Positions 1 through 6,053 of a DNA stretch of 12,193 bases are shown piece after piece. Position 1 is the stretch's first letter. Each line of letters opens with the position of its first letter. The notes below the pieces were generated by a model. That model was not told the origin of the DNA and did not search any database. It saw only the letters and a list, made by a program, of their open reading frames with translations. Origin of the DNA: Planctomycetota bacterium (GTDB taxonomy: Bacteria; Planctomycetota; GCA-002687715; DRQF01); assembly GCA_036479435.1 (NCBI GenBank), contig JAZGFI010000190.1:1-12193 (forward strand). The letters run 5' to 3'. A program made the translations under genes and the position numbers.

Positions 1-56
1 ATCCTCCAGATCATTCGCGAAGTCCAAAGCTCCGGTCTTGACCTTAAGCCACGTTC

Positions 57-449
57 GTGACGGGTAAAAAAGTGCCGCGTGGTCCCAGCCCCGACCTCGT
101 GGTCTTGCGGCAATGGGAGGCCTTTGCTGCAAGCTTCCTGCGGCAGGCCAATCGATGGCCCAAAATTCACCGTTTCACCCTCAGCCAACGCCTGCAGAAT
201 CTCACGCTCGACGTTCTGGAGAAACTGGTCCAAGCCCGCTACGAACCATCTCAACGCAGCCAGAATTTGGCGGAATGCAACATGATTCTCGAACGTATGC
301 GCTTTTTGATGCGCGTGGCTCATCAACTGAATGTCTGCTCTGGGAGGGGATTTGAAAACATCCTTCGATCTCTTGATGAAACCGGGCGCATGCTCCACGG
401 ATGGCGCGTCAGCCATGAGCGAAAGGAGGTAAGCCATCGTCAGGCGTAG
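57..449 (+). CDS. avd: DGR accessory variability determinant (Avd; four-helix-bundle family)
   Basis: 130-aa basic, helical-looking protein with Avd-family motifs WPKIHRFTLSQRL (cf. FPKxxRxxLxxxI) and ETGRMLHGW (cf. EIGRMLGGW), immediately upstream of and overlapping the RT start region. The GTG start at 57 is uncertain. Confidence 0.9.
   Translation: MTGKKVPRGPSPDLVVLRQWEAFAASFLRQANRWPKIHRFTLSQRLQNLTLDVLEKLVQARYEPSQRSQNLAECNMILERMRFLMRVAHQLNVCSGRGFENILRSLDETGRMLHGWRVSHERKEVSHRQA
422..430 (+). promoter_or_regulatory. Strong Shine-Dalgarno sequence for the RT gene, inside the avd 3' end
   Basis: AAAGGAGGT at 422-430, 5 nt upstream of an ATC (436) that is in frame with the RT ORF. Confidence 0.7.
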
Positions 450-1449
450 CGGACAACTCTTCGACACGATGGTCTCTTTCGACAACATCCTTAAGGCCAG
501 CCATCTTGCCGCCCGTGGCAAATCTCGTCGGTCCGGGGCCGTCGCACGTTTCCTTGTAGATGCCGAAACCGAGGCCTTTGAACTTGAGCGTGAGCTGCGC
601 GATGGCACCTACCGCCCGGGCCCGCTTTTTGAATTCACCATCTTCGACCCCAAAGTCCGCAAGATCAGCGCAGCACCCTTTCGTGACCGCGTCGTCCATC
701 ATTGCATGATGTCGGTTCTCGCTCCGATCTTTGAGCGCCGCATGGTGTTTGAGAGCTTTGCTTGTCGCAAACGAAAGGGGCAGCACGCGGCTCTTTTTTA
801 CGCCCAAAAACAACTTCGTCGCCACGAGTTCTTTATCAAACTCGACATCCGACAGTTCTTCGCCTCACTTGATCACCGCGTGGTCTTAGAAAGCCTGTAT
901 CGCTGCGTCAAAGATCACCGTGTGGGCCAACTCATGGAGGTCATCGTGCGGCATCCGCAATCCCATGGCTTGCCTTTGGGGAATCTCACCAGCCAATGGC
1001 TGGCCAATCTGACTTTGGATCGCCTCGACCATTTCGTGAAAGAGCAGCTTCGCGTTAGGGGCTACCTGCGCTACATGGATGACTTCGTGCTCTTTGGCGA
1101 CGACCGCCAACAACTCCGCCGGGCCGAACAACAGCTTGAACGATTCCTCGTCGAGGTCCTAGGTCTGCAGATCAAAAGCGCCGCGACTGTACGAGGGCCA
1201 AGTTCGGGTGGTCTCCCCTTTTTGGGCTGGATGGTATATCCAAGGTTGATGAGGTTGCGCCGAGACAGCATCCAGCGCAGCAAGAACCGTCTTCGCGAAC
1301 AGGCCTACCGGCGGGTTCGAGGGGAGATCTCGGAAGAGACTTTTGTGTCTGCGGTGCGCTCGGTCTTGGCGCATTTGGATGCAGGCGGAGCCCAGGGGCT
1401 TCGGCGCCGACTTTTTCTGGATTGGGTGGAAGTTCCGGGAGCTCCCTGA
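436..1449 (+). CDS. DGR reverse transcriptase (bRT-like); first ATG at 469, probable true start ATC at 436
   Basis: Motifs RKISAAPFRDRVVHH, SFACRKRKGQHAA, KLDIRQFFASLDH, GLPLGNLTSQWLAN (DGR-type GxxxSQ, 967-996), YLRYMDDFVL (YMDD at 1072-1083) and PFLGW. No group II intron maturase/endonuclease C-terminus. The frame is open back to a TAA at 430-432. Confidence 0.95.
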   Translation: MVRRSGQLFDTMVSFDNILKASHLAARGKSRRSGAVARFLVDAETEAFELERELRDGTYRPGPLFEFTIFDPKVRKISAAPFRDRVVHHCMMSVLAPIFERRMVFESFACRKRKGQHAALFYAQKQLRRHEFFIKLDIRQFFASLDHRVVLESLYRCVKDHRVGQLMEVIVRHPQSHGLPLGNLTSQWLANLTLDRLDHFVKEQLRVRGYLRYMDDFVLFGDDRQQLRRAEQQLERFLVEVLGLQIKSAATVRGPSSGGLPFLGWMVYPRLMRLRRDSIQRSKNRLREQAYRRVRGEISEETFVSAVRSVLAHLDAGGAQGLRRRLFLDWVEVPGAP

Positions 1450-1503
1450 CTGGATCAAACTCAGCAAGCTAATGATTCTGGGAACTGAGATCGTCACTTT
1501 TCG

Positions 1504-1622
1504 CCGTGGTTCGCGGCGGGGCCTTCGACAACGATGCGGACAACTGTCGCGCAGCCAACCGCAACGACTTATCGGACAACCCCGACAATCGCAACGCCAA
1601 CCTCGGCTTTCGCCTTGCGCAA
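1504..1622 (+). repeat. DGR template repeat (TR)
   Basis: Aligns without gaps to the reverse complement of 1895-2013. Rich in AAC/AAT/GAC codons in the VR reading frame. 15 of 18 mismatches are at A positions of this copy. Confidence 0.95.
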
Positions 1623-1808
1623 TGCGCCGCCCTATCTAGGCCAGATCGCGCTCACTCTTCGCCCCTGCGGGCGAAGTCTGGCGCGCCGTGCCGCGCGGTG
1701 CCCAGGTCTCGCTCCCGTCTGTTCGCGTGCCTTTGGCGCGGAGAGCAAAGATCAGTCTCGCCATGGATGGTAGGCGCGAAAGGCCGACGTTCGTGGCGGG
1801 ACGTTTTT
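1623..1808 (+). ncRNA. Structured DGR spacer RNA downstream of TR (putative RT-binding/priming element, possibly ending in an intrinsic terminator)
   Basis: Stems found by eye: GCCAGA 1640-1645/TCTGGC 1677-1682; perfect CTTCGCCC 1657-1664/GGGCGAAG 1669-1676; 1683-1690/1694-1701 (two G-U); and a 15-bp stem 1755-1769/1788-1802 (four G-U) capped by a GAAA-tetraloop hairpin and followed by TTTTT (1804-1808). Confidence 0.7.
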
Positions 1809-1882
1809 CGTGACGCGGCGGACAGTCCCGAAAAGGCCAGGAAAATTCGAATGAGTGCAGAAAGACGCGAAGTCGTAAAGAA

Positions 1883-4800
1883 TCAAGGGGTGCCCTGCGC
1901 AAGGCGAAAGCCGAGGCCGGCGTAGCGATCGTCGGGGCCGTCTGACCAAACGTTGCGGTTGGCCGCGCGACAGCTGACCGCATCGCCGCCGAAGGCCCCG
2001 CCGCGAACCACGGAATCCTGGCACCATTCCACAACATTGCCGCCCATGTCAATGACCCCTTCGGGCGTGACGTCCCTCGCGAACAAGCCAACCGGACTCG
2101 GATGACCGATCTTGGCCTCAACAAAGTTACAGCGTTGCGAATCTGGCATAGTTTCACCCCAAGGAAAAGGCCGCGAGTCGGTCCCGCGGGCTGCGAACTC
2201 CCATTCAATGTCGGTGAGTAGGCGAACCCCTTTGCCGCGCCATTTGGCGTAGGCGGCGGCCTCTGAGTAACTCATTCCGACCACGGGGCGAGTTGGGAAG
2301 CTTTGTTGCCTAAGCCAAGCCGCTGGCTTTCGCACATCTTCAGCAACGGCATCCAAGAACTTCGCGTACTCCGCTACGGTGACCGGGTAACGACCTATCG
2401 AGAATTTGGGGACCGTTTGACGCTTGCTCCCAAGCTGCGACCATCCACGTTTCTCGACAACCGCATCACCCCCAAGCATGAAGCTGTCACCGGGGATTGT
2501 GACGAACTCGGAGGGATGGTCGGCGAACCAAAGGGCCCCGTTCTCTTCTTGCCCGATGGCCTCGGCGGCGCCACAACGCAAGCGGAGATCGAGGGTTTCG
2601 TCCTGCACCCGAAGAAGGGACTTTGTGAGTAATTCACGGTAGCGGGGGTCTCGCCAAGATCCTGGCTCGGCGCGGCGGTGGATGTCGCCGAGCCGTGACA
2701 AAAGTTGCAGGCTTTCGGCGACGGGGCAATCTTTTTCTAAAGCCATCTCGACTAAAGGCGAAAGCAAGCCGCTGAGGTCGCGGTCGAGCTCTAAGGCGTG
2801 GTGTTCCGCGGCCATGGACAAGACTTCGCCAGACCGTTCTTGAAGGCAAAGTGCGCGATCGTTCAGGAATCGATTGAGGCGTTCGGGGTCGTCGAGGTCA
2901 CAAAGGCGATGAGCGGCAAGATATTCACGGAGACGGGCGTGCCAAAAAAAGACCTCCGAATCGTCCCGAACGATGATGCCGCTCTTTTTCTCTTCGGCGT
3001 CGAGAAGGGCTTTCAAATCCTCAACGCGATCCTCGATCATGGCCCCTTTGGCAATAGCCTGCAAAGCCTGAACTGCCTTGCGCCGCGAGATCCTGGTCAA
3101 CGGCGGGTTCTGAGAGTGGAAATGGAAGGCCAGGCGTTCCAAAAAGAGTCTTCGGTTACTGCCCAGACCACCGGATTCATCTTTGCGGCTAGTGAGGAGC
3201 CAGTTGATGATTTCTTCGAACAGCCGTACTCGCTGTTTGGGCAAATCGTGCTCGGACGAAAACATGGCGATCATGCAGGCGAGCATCAAGGGATTGCGAG
3301 CCAGCTCGCCAAGCTCGGGATCGCTGCCGCTGGTAACGCGCTCGAGAAAACTCTCGCACAAGTCATTTTTGTTGAGGCCCAAAAAAGCCTGCCCTGCGAA
3401 GGCCTTGATGGCCGTCTTTGACAAGTCTTCCACGTTGACCTGCAAAAAACGTGGTAGGCGTATCTCTCCGGCCTTGAAGGCCCCTGGCCGCACCGTGACG
3501 ACGATTCGGAGTTCAGGGTAGTCGTCGTCGGAGAGCTTACTGAGGGTTTTTGCAATGAGCGCTGGCGCGGCTGCTTCGTCGAGACCGTCCACAAGAAGGA
3601 GCACGGGTTGGGTGCGAAACAGCGTCTCGCAATCTGGCGTCACCAGGGAGCTTAGGACCTCGAAGAAGTCTGAACTCAAATTGGGATCCTCTGCCGAATT
3701 CAAGCTGGCGTCCTCTGGTTTCATCGCGGCCAAAGGCGGCGAGAGGACGGCGGCATCAACGAGCAAGGGAATGATGTCCGAGGGCAAGTCAGTAAGCCAT
3801 GAATCCCTGGGGACTGGGTCTTCGGTGAGAGCGGCCTCTGCGGCGACAAAGGCGAGCCGTCTAAGGAAAGTGCTCTTGCCAGAGCCAGGATCGCCAATCA
3901 AGGTCAAAAAGCGCTCTTTGAGGCGAGTCTGAAGAGGCTCGCGCTGATCGGAGTCCGCACGAAGAAGAGTGGCTTCGCTTCGGCGAGATTGAGGCTCCGT
4001 GATCCGTGTTTCGAGTTCGGCGAACGTCGTGCGGATATCCAAATCTGCATGAGACTTTTCGGGGTCTTTGGGGGCGGGAAGTTCTAAGCGGCTGGTGCTC
4101 TTTGCGAGCTTTTCGAGATAGCGACCTAGAACTGGCGTGAGGCCGGCGGGCTTAGCCTCGTCGAATTTGGGGTTTCCGAAAACTGGTTCATCGGCTCGGG
4201 ATTCAGGGTAGACCGAGGCTTCGGGTGCACCCTTTTCTTTGAGCTTTGGGTTTACCCACGATAAGACATCGGCAATGCTGAGCATCTTTTTCGCATTGGC
4301 GGGCGAGGGCCCATCTGTCTTCAAGCCGCAGCTTAGGCCTTCAACGAACTGTTGGCTGAAGTAGCTTTCTTGGTTTTTCTCGTCAACGAAGCTGTCGCCG
4401 AAACTTGACGCGATGAGAGTGAAGCCTTCTGGGATTTCCGCGAGCGAGGCGGATGCTGGCGCAGGTCCTTTTCGAATGCCGTCTGACTTAAGGTCATCTT
4501 GGGCTTCAGCAGCGTCGCAAGCATCGAGGATGAACACGACTCGGTGAAAGCCACACTCCTGCAGCGTCTCAATAATCCCCAAAAACGGAACCGCTTCGGC
4601 GCCAAACAAGAACTCAAAGCCACCACGTTCTGCGCGCTGTCCATGACCGCTGTAGTAGAAGAAGAGCTCCGCGGTCTTGGGCAGAACATCCAAGAACCGG
4701 ACTAACTCGATCCGAAACAAGGTCGCATTGGCGCCCATAAGGAGGCCAGGAGTCTGGCCTTCAATCTCAGGTCTGCACCCCCCGATGCTCGGCTTGGCCA

Positions 4801-4906
4801 AGCAGTTCCACATTGCCGTCACGTCGCGCGGGCCGCCCAAGGGCGTGGCAGACTCGGCGCTGACTGCAAACACATATCTATTGGACGCCACCGATACTCC
4901 CTCCAC
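1883..4906 (-). CDS. DGR target: caspase-like (peptidase C14) + NACHT/STAND NTPase + FGE-sulfatase (CLec-fold) domain protein, NLR-like
   Basis: N-terminus: FFYYSGHG (H88) and VFILDAC (C130). Middle: Walker A GDPGSGKS (aa 338-345, nt 3895-3872), Walker B LLLVDGLDE, sensor IVVTVR, NPLML, and winged-helix FWHARLREYLAA. C-terminus: YPVTVAEY, RPVVGMSYSEAAAYAKW, RLLTDIEWEFAARG, FPWG, DMGGNVVEWC, VRGGAF, GFRL. The start may be the GTG at 4891, which is preceded by GGAGG. Confidence 0.93.
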   Translation of the reverse strand: MEGVSVASNRYVFAVSAESATPLGGPRDVTAMWNCLAKPSIGGCRPEIEGQTPGLLMGANATLFRIELVRFLDVLPKTAELFFYYSGHGQRAERGGFEFLFGAEAVPFLGIIETLQECGFHRVVFILDACDAAEAQDDLKSDGIRKGPAPASASLAEIPEGFTLIASSFGDSFVDEKNQESYFSQQFVEGLSCGLKTDGPSPANAKKMLSIADVLSWVNPKLKEKGAPEASVYPESRADEPVFGNPKFDEAKPAGLTPVLGRYLEKLAKSTSRLELPAPKDPEKSHADLDIRTTFAELETRITEPQSRRSEATLLRADSDQREPLQTRLKERFLTLIGDPGSGKSTFLRRLAFVAAEAALTEDPVPRDSWLTDLPSDIIPLLVDAAVLSPPLAAMKPEDASLNSAEDPNLSSDFFEVLSSLVTPDCETLFRTQPVLLLVDGLDEAAAPALIAKTLSKLSDDDYPELRIVVTVRPGAFKAGEIRLPRFLQVNVEDLSKTAIKAFAGQAFLGLNKNDLCESFLERVTSGSDPELGELARNPLMLACMIAMFSSEHDLPKQRVRLFEEIINWLLTSRKDESGGLGSNRRLFLERLAFHFHSQNPPLTRISRRKAVQALQAIAKGAMIEDRVEDLKALLDAEEKKSGIIVRDDSEVFFWHARLREYLAAHRLCDLDDPERLNRFLNDRALCLQERSGEVLSMAAEHHALELDRDLSGLLSPLVEMALEKDCPVAESLQLLSRLGDIHRRAEPGSWRDPRYRELLTKSLLRVQDETLDLRLRCGAAEAIGQEENGALWFADHPSEFVTIPGDSFMLGGDAVVEKRGWSQLGSKRQTVPKFSIGRYPVTVAEYAKFLDAVAEDVRKPAAWLRQQSFPTRPVVGMSYSEAAAYAKWRGKGVRLLTDIEWEFAARGTDSRPFPWGETMPDSQRCNFVEAKIGHPSPVGLFARDVTPEGVIDMGGNVVEWCQDSVVRGGAFGGDAVSCRAANRNVWSDGPDDRYAGLGFRLAQGTP
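1895..2013 (-). repeat. DGR variable repeat (VR) encoding the C-terminal ligand-binding surface of the target (VVRGGAFGGDAVSCRAANRNVWSDGPDDRYAGLGFRLAQ)
   Basis: Inverted copy of TR with adenine-specific substitutions, ending a few codons before the target stop codon (1883-1885). Confidence 0.95.
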
Positions 4907-5052
4907 GACCTGAGAGCCCGAATATAGCAGGCTCGTGTTGGGCCGTCAGGAAACTGCTGCGAAAAAGGCGCGGCCAGCCTACGGTTTTCGAAACTCAATC
5001 GACGACTCCCTGCGCGATGGGATGGCCATCGCTGAACTCAAGGAGATTCGTC

Positions 5053-5877
5053 ATGTCTAAAGCTCTCAACACCACTGGGCACGCAGGGCCCTGCAAGTCA
5101 CCTGTCGCTAAACGCAGCAAACTCCAGCTCGCCGATCTTCAGGATCTGTTTTCGGGCCAGCGCTTGGCCATCGTGATTCCTCAGTACTTCGATGCCAAAA
5201 CCGTCGCCGCCCTCGCCAAACGCATCGAGCAATCTGGCCAGCTCGGCGCCTACAGCTCGGGCCTTAACTCGAACGAGGTTCTCAAGATCGGCCAGACTCT
5301 TTATGAGTGCGATACCCCGGAGAAAGTTGCGGAGTACTTTGCCCTCGCAAAGAGCCACGAAGAACCCCTGCGTTACATCGCGGCGGGATTGCCTTTGCCT
5401 ATTGACCGGGTGATCGAGGATCTCAACTACCTCTGGCCCAAGGGAGCCGGGGTTTTGAAGATTGACGGCCAGCGAACCTTTGCGGGTTTGCTCCGTGGGT
5501 TCAATCAGGCCGGAGAAGCTCGCCCTCATACCGACCGTGCGGATTGGGATCTGCCGACGCCCACCACGCTGGCCCTCAAGGGACAGTTCGCGGGCAATCT
5601 TTACCTGTCCAATCCCCGCGGGGGTGGCGCTTTGCAGTTGTGGTGGATGAAACCTGACCGGAGCACTTATCAAGCCATGCAGGTTTCCGGAGACTACTCG
5701 CTGCAACGCGAGATCCTCGGCCGCCCCGCGGCCGTGATTCACCCGAAACCAGGTGACCTGGTGCTCTTCAACGCTTGGCGCCCCCACGCGGTGACGGCTT
5801 CCACTGGGCTGCGGATCGCCCAGTCATGGTTTGTTGGCTACCGCGGTGAATCTCAAGCTCTGGGTCTTTTCTCCTAA
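5053..5877 (+). CDS. 2-oxoglutarate/Fe(II)-dependent oxygenase superfamily protein, substrate unknown
   Basis: HxD (PHTD) ... GDLVLFNAWRPHAV ... R facial-triad and 2OG-binding pattern. AGGAG at 5041-5045 supports the ATG at 5053 over 5017. Confidence 0.8.
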   Translation: MSKALNTTGHAGPCKSPVAKRSKLQLADLQDLFSGQRLAIVIPQYFDAKTVAALAKRIEQSGQLGAYSSGLNSNEVLKIGQTLYECDTPEKVAEYFALAKSHEEPLRYIAAGLPLPIDRVIEDLNYLWPKGAGVLKIDGQRTFAGLLRGFNQAGEARPHTDRADWDLPTPTTLALKGQFAGNLYLSNPRGGGALQLWWMKPDRSTYQAMQVSGDYSLQREILGRPAAVIHPKPGDLVLFNAWRPHAVTASTGLRIAQSWFVGYRGESQALGLFS

Positions 5878-5893
5878 GGATCCCATCGGCCTT

Positions 5894-5939
5894 GAATCCT
5901 CACCGGGTTAATCTCGCCTCGGTGGGGATTCCTTTGTTT
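5894..5939 (+). terminator. Rho-independent terminator after the oxygenase gene
   Basis: 14-bp stem 5894-5907/5918-5931 (two G-U pairs), 10-nt loop, then CTTTGTTT. Confidence 0.75.
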
Positions 5940-6053
5940 GGATTAAGAGAAAGATGCAGCCAATGAGAGTCGCGTGAAGCCTTGGCACCACAAATTCAAA
6001 TGTAAACGTCGGAGCGCTTGTCGGAAGCGGATGCGGGGGGCATGATTTGAACC

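Larger units (their letters stand above)
57..4906. mobile_element. Diversity-generating retroelement cassette: avd - RT - TR - spacer (+) converging on a VR-bearing target gene (-)
   Basis: An Avd-like ORF, an RT with the DGR-type GNLTSQ and YMDD motifs, and a ~119-bp repeat pair differing almost only at adenines of one copy all occur together. The other copy encodes the C-terminus of a CLec/FGE-fold domain. Confidence 0.96.

Noticed and set aside
436..1449. RT as a group II intron, retron, Abi or CRISPR-associated RT
   Set aside because: The GNLTSQ motif, short length, lack of maturase/endonuclease or Cas1 domains, adjacent avd and the TR/VR pair all indicate a DGR RT.
1864..1896. Small hairpins adjacent to the target stop (GAC-GCGAA-GTC; AGGG-GTG-CCCT)
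   Set aside because: Only 3-4 bp stems, expected by chance in GC-rich DNA.
1506..1925. 139-aa ORF beginning VVRGGAFDNDADNCRAANRN that looks like an FGE-domain fragment or second target
   Set aside because: It is the TR read in the VR frame. Similarity stops at the TR end, the rest is translated structured spacer, and no SD is evident.
1504..2013. Long inverted repeats as terminal repeats of a MITE or IS element
   Set aside because: Mismatches are adenine-specific, one copy is coding, and no transposase or target-site duplication is seen.
1883..2510. C-terminal domain as an active formylglycine-generating enzyme
   Set aside because: The catalytic CxxxxC segment of true FGEs is not present after RGG; the region is the variable ligand-binding surface typical of DGR targets.
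2303..4913. Numerous 60-200 aa ORFs antisense to or overlapping the target gene, and similar ones over other genes (e.g. 5098-5787, 7331-7837)
   Set aside because: Shadow ORFs of high-GC coding sequence with no recognisable motifs.
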